This document shows positions 8,704-18,063 of a DNA stretch of 64,000 bases, one piece after another. The notes beneath the pieces were generated by a model. The model saw only the letters and a list, made by a program, of their open reading frames with translations, ran no database searches and was not told the DNA's origin. Numbering within the stretch: the stretch's first letter is position 1; each line of letters starts with the position of its first letter. Origin of the DNA: an uncultured Gammaproteobacteria bacterium (lineage in GTDB: Bacteria > Patescibacteriota > Microgenomatia > Levybacterales > UBA12049); NCBI GenBank assembly GCA_964416445.1, contig CAYQEE010000003.1:65946-129945 (forward strand), read 5' to 3'. The position numbers were made by a program, and so were the translations under genes.

Positions 8704-10071
8704 TTATTTAAACATTAGGTGCGTTAGTAATAAAGTGATATCAAATATTTCAAAAAAAATGAATATAATCAGAATTGTATTAATCGCACTATATGAAGTA
8801 TGTTTAGCTTCTATATATTCCTCACCTTTTACAAAAAATAAAACAATGCTTAAAATTGAAGGGTAAAGGTAGAGTGGTTTAAAGCCTCCAGAGTCTCGAT
8901 AGATATATGTATAGTATATTAGTGAAGCAATAAAAAATAAAAATACAATAAGGAAGATCCACGTATTATTTTTTTTCATTAAACTACCAATTACTAAAAC
9001 CTCATTAATAAGTCCGAGTAAAATAATACATGTTGGTAGAATTGCAAGTAAAAGAATAATACGTGTTAAGAAAATAATCATGGAACTTTTATCTTGCCAG
9101 CTTGGTGGCCATTGAGGAAAATGTATTGAATAAAATCTACCATACATTTCTGACCATAGTGAAGTACGGTGTTTTGGGTAAAATACATAACCATTGGTAC
9201 TGTAAGGGATTTCAATTAAATTGATAAAATTAAAGCTAAAATAACCTTGAGCTATGGATGTTATACCGGGCCGATAAAATTTTGTTACTTTCAAAAAATG
9301 TGGTGGGGGTGCTCTTGGTATATTTGTTACAAATGGGTTATTCAGTTTCTGATAATTATGAATATAAGGTGAAAATAATAGAATACAAATCGTAAAGGAA
9401 AGGATGTAAACAAATATATTTGTAATGAGAATTTTATAAGAGAGAAATTGTTTATGATTATAAAATATGTTGATAAAGAGACAACAATTTATTGACAAGA
9501 AAAGAATAATTCCTGTAACTTTTGTTAGCGCAGAAAATATGGTTGTAATAACCATAAAAAGATAGTAAATGTAATTTTTGGTATTAAAAAATTTCCATAA
9601 TGAATAAATAGCTAACGTACCAAAAAAAATAACAAAAGAGTCGTTTGTGGCCTGATTAGTAATGCCGATAAAATCAGGATTAAATGCGAAAAATGCAAAA
9701 GTAAGATTCTTGACAATGGGTGTTAATGGTTGCTCTTTGAGAAATAACCAAACCATCAATAACGTCCCAACCCCTGCGGTTGAGCTAACTATTTGAGCAA
9801 GTATAATGATTGATTCTGTTTTAGAGAGACTAAGAAAATGTGCTAGCTGAACAATAGTTTCATAATAAAATTTCGGTTGGAAACATTCCCAACAAGAATA
9901 GGGTTCAACTGGTAATCCTTCCAGCATTCTTTTGATCACAGTTATATGATCGTCATTGGCTTCTCGGTTATAAAGAGCAAGTAATATACGTATACTAATG
10001 GATAAGATAAATATCCAAAAAGTGAAAGATTTCAGCTTGCTTAGAAGTAATAAAATTCTACGTTGAATCAT
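8704..10071 (-). CDS. Polytopic GT-C-fold (PMT/ArnT-like) glycosyltransferase
   Basis: Many TM helices; early loop 'ANDDH', 'QPKFYY', 'TND', 'ALTK'; ATG at 10071 preferred over TTG. Confidence 0.65.
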   Translation of the reverse strand: MIQRRILLLLSKLKSFTFWIFILSISIRILLALYNREANDDHITVIKRMLEGLPVEPYSCWECFQPKFYYETIVQLAHFLSLSKTESIIILAQIVSSTAGVGTLLMVWLFLKEQPLTPIVKNLTFAFFAFNPDFIGITNQATNDSFVIFFGTLAIYSLWKFFNTKNYIYYLFMVITTIFSALTKVTGIILFLSINCCLFINIFYNHKQFLSYKILITNIFVYILSFTICILLFSPYIHNYQKLNNPFVTNIPRAPPPHFLKVTKFYRPGITSIAQGYFSFNFINLIEIPYSTNGYVFYPKHRTSLWSEMYGRFYSIHFPQWPPSWQDKSSMIIFLTRIILLLAILPTCIILLGLINEVLVIGSLMKKNNTWIFLIVFLFFIASLIYYTYIYRDSGGFKPLYLYPSILSIVLFFVKGEEYIEAKHTSYSAINTILIIFIFFEIFDITLLLTHLMFK

Positions 10072-10198
10072 ATTATGCAATTCTGTTCAAATGTTTATTA
10101 GTGAGTCAAAAACGAAGTAATAATTTCTTTTAGTATAGCAATCTCTCCTCCTAAAATGTGTTTTTTTAAATTTTGAAAGATAGATAATTGACTAGTAA

Positions 10199-10735
10199 TC
10201 AAAGTGCTAATTTATTTTGAAGTAATTTAGCAGTTAAAATTGTCCATGGAGCATATATATGAGCGTTTTTCTTCGTGTCATCATAAAAAGCGGATAAAGG
10301 AACCCATTTATATTCATAAACTTCAGTGTAATTAACCTTAAGATTACCTTCCCAATATCCCGTTAGTACCGCACAATATTCATTTTCACAATAATTATCT
10401 TTTTCTTGAGCAAAATAATTAAATCCTCCAATATTTTTTATCGCAATAGTCGGTATTCCCATTTCTTTTTGTAAAGCTCTATGAGCAGCTTCTTCATAAG
10501 ATTCATCATGATCTGATAAGTGCAGAACATGACTAATTGCTGTTACATCCCAATATCCATCCCATAGGGCATGTTTTCTTTTTTGCAAGAGAATTTCATT
10601 GTTATTGTTAAAAACTACTACTACAAATGCTCTGTGGTGTAATCCTTTCCCACTATGACAACTTAAACGATTTGCATAAGTCCCAGAAAATTTGTCAGTA
10701 TTGTCTACAAGAAGTAATTGCTGAGTAATATCCAT
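10199..10735 (-). CDS. idi: Type 1 isopentenyl-diphosphate isomerase-like NUDIX protein
   Basis: CH...HHRAF, LLQKR, SH, RALQKEMGI, FNY, ENEYC, APW; catalytic Cys position is Ile. Confidence 0.75.
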   Translation of the reverse strand: MDITQQLLLVDNTDKFSGTYANRLSCHSGKGLHHRAFVVVVFNNNNEILLQKRKHALWDGYWDVTAISHVLHLSDHDESYEEAAHRALQKEMGIPTIAIKNIGGFNYFAQEKDNYCENEYCAVLTGYWEGNLKVNYTEVYEYKWVPLSAFYDDTKKNAHIYAPWTILTAKLLQNKLAL

Positions 10736-10784
10736 AACTATTCAGTAGAGTATAACAAATACATTGAGAAAAAACTAAATTAAT

Positions 10785-13220
10785 TTAATAACCACTTTCA
10801 CCAAAGTTTCTTAATAATAAATTATAATCAACACCATTCACCTCTCCATCATCATTAAGGTCTGCAAAAAGTCCTTTAGCAAAGTCTGACAGTCCGTGTT
10901 TTTTACATGCTGGTCCATTCATTTTCTTTCCAAAACAATCGATAAAAATATTATAGTCAGTCAGATCTATACTATTATCATTATTCAAATCCCCTATACG
11001 AAGGTTTACTGGACCGCTCTGCCCATTTAATGATATCGTAGTTCCTGGCACAATTTGAATTGGTTGTGATGATACCTCTTCTCGAAGCGATCCTTCAGGA
11101 GATTTAACTAAAATGTAATATGATCCTGGAGGGATAGCAAGAAATGCGATATTTTTATTAACAAAAGATCCATTTGGATCTGAAGGATCGAAGGATACTC
11201 TAATAGAAATTAACTCGTCAGGGTAGTTTGCAAAATTTTGCGTTTTGTAAAATGAAAGAATAATTTGTCTTTGTGGAGAATGCGGTTTTGGATTATTTTG
11301 TGGGTCAATACCCTCAAAATGTACTGCAATTGATCCAGTTGCTGGACCAGCAGTAGGAGTAGGACTAGATGAAGTTGGGGTTGGAGTATTAGTAATGCCA
11401 TTCGTTGGTGGTATTTGTGTTGGTGTGTCAGAATTTTGTGGTACTGGAGTAAAAGAAACTGTATTAGTTGGTGTCGGTGATTGTGAAGCTAAAGCAGCAC
11501 AGGTATGTGTATCTTGATCGCAAAAACCACATCCCCCACTCACATTCGCATTACATTGAGCATTTGTACTACAGGGATTTCCACAATAATATAGTGGTGT
11601 TGGGGTAGGAGTATCGGTTTGTGTCGGGTTTAGTGTTTGCGTAGGAATAGGAGTATCTGTAGATTGAGGAGAAGTTGGTGTTGGATCTGGTTGATTTGTT
11701 ATTGTGGGGGTGAGGCTGGGAGTGCCCCCTCCAGGAATTCCAAATGCAGTAATTGTGTTAGTATCATCTAAAGTAAACACTTCTCCGTTGAATACAATTG
11801 GACTCTCCCAATAGTCTGACCCTATGGTACTGGACCAAAGTTGTTGTCCTGTTGTTGGATTATAAGCGGCAATTTTTGAATTTCCCTGTAAAAAAAGCAC
11901 TCCATTTGCGATAAGAGGTGAAGTATGTCCTGCTCCAGAAACAGGATTAAAACCTTGTGTTAGACTGCTTGTACCCCCACTGTTAACTACTTTAAATCCA
12001 TAAAGTGTTCCACTCTGATTAGTAATATATACCCAAGATTGACCAGTCGAATCTGTCCATGTTGCTGGTTGGGAGAGGACTTCATTATTTACCGAGTAAG
12101 TATGTAACTCTCCACCGGTGTGATTTGGGCCGCCTTTTCCAGATAAATTTGATCTGTTCAACAACCTGATTGACCCATCTTTTCCTCCTTGTATTAAGAG
12201 ATTTGGTGTATTTGTTCCTTGTTGTTGAGGAATCATTACTGGAGAAGTACTTCCTAAGTCTGTATCACTCTGTTGAAGGGAATTGTAGGAGCCAGGAGTA
12301 TATGAATCTATTATATTTGATAAATCAGGACTAAGCTCAATAATACTATCACCATAGTTATTTCCCGTTCCATCATAGAGTCCGTTTCCACTGGAAATAA
12401 AAACGTTTTTTGTTAATGGATCGATGACTCCCCCGCCTCTTCCCCAGACTCCAGCGCCACTATTCTGCGGATTATATTGGCAATTTCCGTTAATAATGGA
12501 ATGAACATTACTACATAAAACATTGAATATAGTTTTCGTACCAGTTGAAAGATTTATACCTACGATATGTCCTACATATGGTCCAAAATCGCCATCATAT
12601 CCACTCATTGTCATATAGAGATAGCCGTTACCCACATTAATTGGTGATGAACCTTTTTCTACGTCTGTTCTTGTACTGACAGTCGCTGGAAATCCTCCTG
12701 TAGTTTCTTCTTTTCCAGATCCGACATCATATTTGTGAATCGCTCCATCCAGACCATAACTATAAATAAACTGATTTGATGGATCAATTGCAGGTGAACT
12801 AGTAGTTCCTTGGCCAGCTACATAATTTCCCTGTGGTGTATTTGACTTCCAAATCTGATTACCTGATGTAGTATCGTACGCAACTACTTGTCCATGTCGT
12901 GTAGTGAGGAAAACTAAATCTTTTATTCCATTTCCTGTGGTAACACCACTCAGTGCCGCAAGAGAACCACGTGAATTATCAGGAAGCGAGGAGCTCCATA
13001 ATTTCGTTAAATGAGATACATTTTGAATTGTAATTACTGATTCGAAAGTATTAATTCCATTTCTATCTCCCCCCCCATCAAAAGCCGGCCAAACCGCTTG
13101 TGAGTTACTAGTTGCATCCTGTTTTATTGTTATTTGATCAGTAATTATCCTACCAAATAATAAAGTTAACGAAACTAAAAAAGCAAACAGAAAAATATTA
13201 ATGTATTTTCTTTCGTTCAT
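10785..13220 (-). CDS. Secreted PQQ-like beta-propeller protein with Thr/Pro linkers, Cys-rich module and C-terminal dockerin-like domain
   Basis: N-terminal TM; Trp-docking repeats (GNQIWK, GQQLWS); TPTP linkers; 6-Cys module; GDLNNDNSIDLTDY and ADLNDDGEVNGVDY EF-hand pair. Confidence 0.75.
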   Translation of the reverse strand: MNERKYINIFLFAFLVSLTLLFGRIITDQITIKQDATSNSQAVWPAFDGGGDRNGINTFESVITIQNVSHLTKLWSSSLPDNSRGSLAALSGVTTGNGIKDLVFLTTRHGQVVAYDTTSGNQIWKSNTPQGNYVAGQGTTSSPAIDPSNQFIYSYGLDGAIHKYDVGSGKEETTGGFPATVSTRTDVEKGSSPINVGNGYLYMTMSGYDGDFGPYVGHIVGINLSTGTKTIFNVLCSNVHSIINGNCQYNPQNSGAGVWGRGGGVIDPLTKNVFISSGNGLYDGTGNNYGDSIIELSPDLSNIIDSYTPGSYNSLQQSDTDLGSTSPVMIPQQQGTNTPNLLIQGGKDGSIRLLNRSNLSGKGGPNHTGGELHTYSVNNEVLSQPATWTDSTGQSWVYITNQSGTLYGFKVVNSGGTSSLTQGFNPVSGAGHTSPLIANGVLFLQGNSKIAAYNPTTGQQLWSSTIGSDYWESPIVFNGEVFTLDDTNTITAFGIPGGGTPSLTPTITNQPDPTPTSPQSTDTPIPTQTLNPTQTDTPTPTPLYYCGNPCSTNAQCNANVSGGCGFCDQDTHTCAALASQSPTPTNTVSFTPVPQNSDTPTQIPPTNGITNTPTPTSSSPTPTAGPATGSIAVHFEGIDPQNNPKPHSPQRQIILSFYKTQNFANYPDELISIRVSFDPSDPNGSFVNKNIAFLAIPPGSYYILVKSPEGSLREEVSSQPIQIVPGTTISLNGQSGPVNLRIGDLNNDNSIDLTDYNIFIDCFGKKMNGPACKKHGLSDFAKGLFADLNDDGEVNGVDYNLLLRNFGESGY

Positions 13221-13845
13221 ATGTATATTCTTTCATTATTTGCTTATATAATCAAAGAGATAATTTATTGCTTTGTTTTAACTCCGTAGGTACGTGTGAA
13301 AAATAGTGAGAATGTAAAAATTAATGAAAAATTGACGCACACAAATATCGAGTTTCACCATTTTCAAGATAAAAGAAATCTAGAGAAGCAATTTTTTCCA
13401 TAAATCTTCTTGTTAATGCATTTTGTAGTTTTGCTCGAATGAAGAAATCAAAAAAGTACTGATAAAATGTATATGTTACAAATCGTGATAGATATTCAAA
13501 GAAAAGATGATTGTATAACAGAAAAATGCTGGGATACTTGGTCTATTCATAATTTATAGATGAAATAGACGCTATATAATAGAAATGAACCAATTATCGC
13601 CGAGCTAAAGTATCCTACAAGGAGCTTTCTATCTTCATCCAAATGATAGTGAATAATTTCCAAACATTTTTAAAAATGTTATAGATATCTTATATCTTTT
13701 TAGCCACTTTTTAACCTGGAGCATAAATATAGCTTAATTTACTTGGATTTTTCTTAAATAAAATGTGTCAAGTGAAAGTAATTCACACCATGCCAAATGA
13801 AAAAATACCTGACATGCATGCAATCTCTAAAGTAACTAGAAGTAA

Positions 13846-14040
13846 TTAATATCTTAGTGAAGCTCGTTTATTATGAGTACTATGTGATGCAATAAAATCC
13901 ATTCCACCAACGATACTAAATATGCCGAGTACTATAATAAAAACAGCAACTTCACTTAAGTTTGTGGGAAAGAGAAAGTATATGATTGTACTTGTAAGTG
14001 AACCGTATAATAACCAAATAAAGAACGTAAGAAAAGTCAT
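13846..14040 (-). CDS. Small membrane protein, possibly a degenerate GlsB/YeaQ/YmgE family member
   Basis: Hydrophobic 64 aa; IWLLYG...IVLGIFSIVGG pattern. Confidence 0.35.
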   Translation of the reverse strand: MTFLTFFIWLLYGSLTSTIIYFLFPTNLSEVAVFIIVLGIFSIVGGMDFIASHSTHNKRASLRY

Positions 14041-14145
14041 ATATTTATTTTAGGAATTTAGTGTAATCTATCTCTATGTTAATTTATTATGTATTTTGTA
14101 AGAAAAAAGTAAATGTTTTTCAAAATAAGATATTAATTAGTATGC

Positions 14146-14970
14146 CTAATATTCTGTCTGATTTGGATGAAAATTATTCTTAAGATTATTGACTATTTTT
14201 GTTTTGGAAATAATATCATCAAGGAGACTTTTTTCTAATTCTGCAAAAATATCAAACTGTGATTTTTCGGCTTTTTCTAGCCGTTGTTTCCAACCGTACC
14301 ATTCAGAGGTTCGTAATCTTCGTAATTGTTTTTCTAAAATTACAATAACATTTTCAATTTCAACAAGAACGTATTCTAATTGTTCGGTAGACCCTGATTT
14401 AAATTCATCAATATAATATTGGCTCTCGAGCATTTTTAATGCCTCGTAATTCTTGTTTTTATAAGCTTTATTAATTTTTTTCATTATGTCTTCTCTTCTT
14501 TGCTTTTCTGCGACACTAGTTACAAGATCAGGGTGAAATTGAAATAATAACTTTTTCCATAAAAGTTTTAAATTCTGTTCTACTTTTTCTGACATCGTAT
14601 TACTTGTATTAGCATTATATTCACGATAATTTGATGCGTAATATTCATCTTCATCAGGGGTGAATTTGAAGAAGGTATTATATAAATCTTCTATTTCGTG
14701 GGCTGCCTCTTCATAAGGTAATCCTTCAGAAACCAGTTTCTCAATATTTTTAAGTCGAATAATTTCTAAATCTAATGCATTATCTTTAGCATATAATTTC
14801 CCGATCCGATTTTCATATTCTTGTTGAATAATATTTAAATCGTTTTGCAAACTCGCATATTTTGTTTGGAGACGATGGAGTTTATTGCGTTTACGATTTA
14901 TACTTAATTCTAATTCTTCCTTTTTTTTCTTTTCATCATCTCGAATAGTTAATTGTAAATTTTTCTTCAT
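14146..14970 (-). CDS. Coiled-coil protein with internal J-domain
   Basis: LWKKLLFQFHPDL...MKKINKAY (HPD motif) flanked by coiled coils. Confidence 0.75.
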   Translation of the reverse strand: MKKNLQLTIRDDEKKKKEELELSINRKRNKLHRLQTKYASLQNDLNIIQQEYENRIGKLYAKDNALDLEIIRLKNIEKLVSEGLPYEEAAHEIEDLYNTFFKFTPDEDEYYASNYREYNANTSNTMSEKVEQNLKLLWKKLLFQFHPDLVTSVAEKQRREDIMKKINKAYKNKNYEALKMLESQYYIDEFKSGSTEQLEYVLVEIENVIVILEKQLRRLRTSEWYGWKQRLEKAEKSQFDIFAELEKSLLDDIISKTKIVNNLKNNFHPNQTEY

Positions 14971-14979
14971 AAATTAAAA

Positions 14980-15063
14980 ATAGATGGTTTTTAAAACCAT
15001 CTATAAAGGAAGGATCCACTCCTAACATGCTGATACTATAGCAATCTTTGGAATGTCGTGCAA
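14980..15063 (-). promoter_or_regulatory. Promoter and hairpin-containing leader of the J-domain gene
   Basis: TTGCAC-17 nt-TATAGT (with TG extension); 12-1-12 inverted repeat ATAGATGGTTTT/AAAACCATCTAT at 14980-15004 running into a T-tract on the minus strand. Confidence 0.7.
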
Positions 15064-15231
15064 GCGGACTAGCTATTATTACTATTATTTTAATATCAAA
15101 TTCTTATATAAAACATAGCGTTATCTTATAAATGTTATTCATAATAACTATATGTTCATAATCAGGCTTAATAAAATAATATTTTTAAGACCACCACCTT
15201 GATAATGAAATAGCGCTTTAAATAGATACTA

Positions 15232-15615
15232 TCAATCAGATAGTATTTTTTTTATTAAATCTGTTACTAATTGGATCCGCATGTTTGATTTATCAATATA
15301 AAAGAGAAGTTTCTCTTTTAATAAAGGTTGGAGAAGTTTATCGGTAGCTTTTAAATTAGTAAGTATAATAATTGGGACTTCTTTACACCAGTCATAGGAT
15401 CGAAGTTTTTGTAACGTTTTAAACCCATCATTAAAGGGCATTAGCAAATCAAGAATAATAATGTCAGGATATGATCTTTGAGCTATTTTAATCGCTTCAT
15501 TTCCATTTCTTGCTTGTATGACCGTGAATCCCTCTGCTTCCATAATACTACTTAATTTCCTAAGAAGTATTTCTTCATCGTCTGCAATGAGTATTTTAAC
15601 TGTTGTTTTGTTCAT
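15232..15615 (-). CDS. Single-domain response regulator (receiver)
   Basis: ILIADDE, IILDLLMP, ILTN, YIDKS. Confidence 0.9.
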   Translation of the reverse strand: MNKTTVKILIADDEEILLRKLSSIMEAEGFTVIQARNGNEAIKIAQRSYPDIIILDLLMPFNDGFKTLQKLRSYDWCKEVPIIILTNLKATDKLLQPLLKEKLLFYIDKSNMRIQLVTDLIKKILSD

Positions 15616-15805
15616 ATCACAATAAGATTCTAGTGCTTAGTTTAGGGAAGATATTTTAGCTTTGTCAATAGTTATTTCGTTAAGTTTTCTCAATAATTTA
15701 TATACGTGCATTCAGCGTAAAGTCAATCGAATTAATACAAGATTCTCATATGTTTCTTATAGTCATTCCTTTATATATTCCATATGTGGTTATCAATTTA
15801 ATTCA

Positions 15806-17854
15806 TTGAAAAAGATAGTTATCATTATTAGTTTAAGCATAATCGAAATTATTTTACTCACTACCCTAACTATTTATCTCATTTTCGCTCAAGAGATAAA
15901 AGGTAAAACAAGTGTAGTAAATTATCGTAACTCAGGAGTGATACTTTACGATAGAAATGGAAAAGAATTATACACTTTTTATAATGCAAAAAATTTCCAA
16001 TATATATCTCTTTCAAACATCCCAAAAATAACACAAGATGCTATTATCGCATCGGAAGACAAAGGCTTTTATCACCATCCAGGATTTTCAATCAGTGGTA
16101 TCTTGCGCGCGTTGTTTATTGATATTAAGGAAAATGAACCAATTTATGGAGGGTCAACTATCACACAACAACTTGTAAAAAATGCACTACTTACACCTCA
16201 GAAAAGTTTGTTAAGAAAATATGAAGAGATTGTATTAGCGTCCGAGCTTGAAAGGAGATTTACAAAAGATGATATTTTAGAAATGTATTTAAATTCCGTC
16301 TATTTTGGTGAAGGTGCGTTTGGGATACAAAACGCAGCGCATGAATACTTTAATAAAAATGCAAAGGATTTAACTTTATCAGAATCTGCCATGCTTTCAA
16401 GTCTTCTTCCAGCCCCTTCGGCTCTTTCTCCAATATCTCACGGGATAGCGCAGATAAAAAAACATCAAATTATTGTATTAAAGGAATTAGAAAATCAAGG
16501 ATATATATCTCATAGACAAAAAATCTTAGCCGAAAATGAACCGTTAGTACTACATCCAGCACAAAAACAGGCAAACACGATAGGAATTCATTTTGCACTC
16601 ATGGTAAAAGATTATTTAGCCAGTAAATATGGAGAAGATTTTCTTGCACATGCTGGATTTAAAGTAAAAACTTCGTTAGATCTTGATTGGCAGAAATATG
16701 CAGAACAAATTGTCAGTGAACAGATTACGCGTCTTCAGTATGATCATGCGAGTAATGGCGCTGTTGTTGTAATTGATCCAAAGAATGGACAGATACGAGC
16801 ACTTGTCGGTAGTGTTGATTGGTTTAATCCTTCCTTTGGAAAAGTGAATATGGCGATTACCCCTCGTCAACCGGGATCTTCATTTAAACCAATAGTTTAT
16901 GCGACGGCACTTAAAGATGTGTTAATTACTCCTTCTACTATATTGCAAGATATTCCTACAACTTTTCCGGGCAACTACAAACCACATGATTATGATCTCA
17001 AGTACCGAGGTCCTGTGACTGTTCGAAGAGCTTTAGCAAATTCGCTTAATATCCCCGCAGTTGAAGTTATGCAAATGCTAGGAGTGCAAGGAGTACTTGA
17101 TGCAGCATCCCAATTTGGTATCACTACGTTGAGTAAAAAATCTTCAGATTATGGTCTTTCTTTAGTTTTAGGCTCTGGTGAAGTGCCTTTGTTGGAGCTA
17201 ACAAATGTATATGCTTCATTTGCAAACAATGGAATCCAGTATTCACCCTCATTAATCTTACAAATTACCGATAAGAAAGGACAAGTTATTTATACCGATG
17301 TTCCACATCCGAAACCTGTAAGTACACCTCAAGTTTCATTTCTTATATCCTCAATTCTTTCGGACAATCAAGCGAGAGCTGAAGAGTTTGGTTCTACTTT
17401 AACAATTTCTCGGCCAGCAGCAGTGAAAACAGGAACTTCGGAAGACTTTAAGAATGCATTAACGTTTGGTTACACGCATAGCTTGGTTGTCGGCGTGTGG
17501 GTAGGAAATAATAATAGTAGCCCTATGGATAATATAGCTGGATCACTCGGAGCTGCGCCAATTTGGAAGCAACTGATGGAAAAGTTTTTGACAGGAACGA
17601 CTGTTGAAAAATTTACTCCTCCCGAAGGTATTACAAGCGAATATATTTGTCAGAGTCGAGGTTTACGTGTGCAGCAAGCGACATCATCTGCATATTTAGA
17701 ATATTATCTTGCAGGAACTCAGCCTAGTGCATATTGTTACGACACTGATCAGAGGACCTATTCATTTCCAAGTATTTCACCATATGTATCAAATGTACTT
17801 CCTCCTTCAGATTTTATTCAACCGACCACTAACTTTCTCTCACCAACACTTTAA
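15806..17854 (+). CDS. Class A penicillin-binding protein (PBP1A family, transglycosylase-transpeptidase)
   Basis: GT51 motifs EDKGFYHHPG, GGSTITQQLVKN, RKYEE, YLN; transpeptidase SSFK, SLN, KTG. Start uncertain (in-frame TTG at 15806 before the TM helix). Confidence 0.92.
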   Translation: MKKIVIIISLSIIEIILLTTLTIYLIFAQEIKGKTSVVNYRNSGVILYDRNGKELYTFYNAKNFQYISLSNIPKITQDAIIASEDKGFYHHPGFSISGILRALFIDIKENEPIYGGSTITQQLVKNALLTPQKSLLRKYEEIVLASELERRFTKDDILEMYLNSVYFGEGAFGIQNAAHEYFNKNAKDLTLSESAMLSSLLPAPSALSPISHGIAQIKKHQIIVLKELENQGYISHRQKILAENEPLVLHPAQKQANTIGIHFALMVKDYLASKYGEDFLAHAGFKVKTSLDLDWQKYAEQIVSEQITRLQYDHASNGAVVVIDPKNGQIRALVGSVDWFNPSFGKVNMAITPRQPGSSFKPIVYATALKDVLITPSTILQDIPTTFPGNYKPHDYDLKYRGPVTVRRALANSLNIPAVEVMQMLGVQGVLDAASQFGITTLSKKSSDYGLSLVLGSGEVPLLELTNVYASFANNGIQYSPSLILQITDKKGQVIYTDVPHPKPVSTPQVSFLISSILSDNQARAEEFGSTLTISRPAAVKTGTSEDFKNALTFGYTHSLVVGVWVGNNNSSPMDNIAGSLGAAPIWKQLMEKFLTGTTVEKFTPPEGITSEYICQSRGLRVQQATSSAYLEYYLAGTQPSAYCYDTDQRTYSFPSISPYVSNVLPPSDFIQPTTNFLSPTL

Positions 17855-17922
17855 ATATTGTAGAGATGATGTATAAATAGTTGTTTTTATAGCCTCATTC
17901 TTACATAATTTTTACTGATTGC

Positions 17923-17951
17923 TTGACACTTTATAACATCTCTGATACTTT
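17923..17951 (+). promoter_or_regulatory. Promoter for the GH18-carboxypeptidase operon
   Basis: TTGACA at 17923-17928, 17 nt, TG-a-TACTTT; the ORF-track TTG start is this -35 box. Confidence 0.6.
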
Positions 17952-18063
17952 AAACTCTCAACCGCAGTTCTTATCATCTTCTTACACGGTTGTAACGAAT
18001 TTATTACTACTAAATCGGGATCTTTTACAGATTCCTTGTCAAGGTTCAGGGAATAAGGTATTT

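Noticed and set aside
10785-13220. PQQ-dependent dehydrogenase or cellulosome interpretation
   Set aside because: Only propeller repeat motifs are evident; no pqq genes, cohesin or scaffoldin are seen in the window
13663-13680. 18-bp perfect palindrome AACATTTTTAAAAATGTT in a ~600-bp non-coding gap
   Set aside because: Almost all A/T, no second copy noticed and no linked promoter; short ORF fragments nearby could not be assigned to any family
17923-18063. N-terminal extensions from TTG starts at 17923, 4290 and 30124
   Set aside because: Each TTG is the first half of a TTGACA -35 box with a suitably spaced -10; downstream ATGs give normal N-termini
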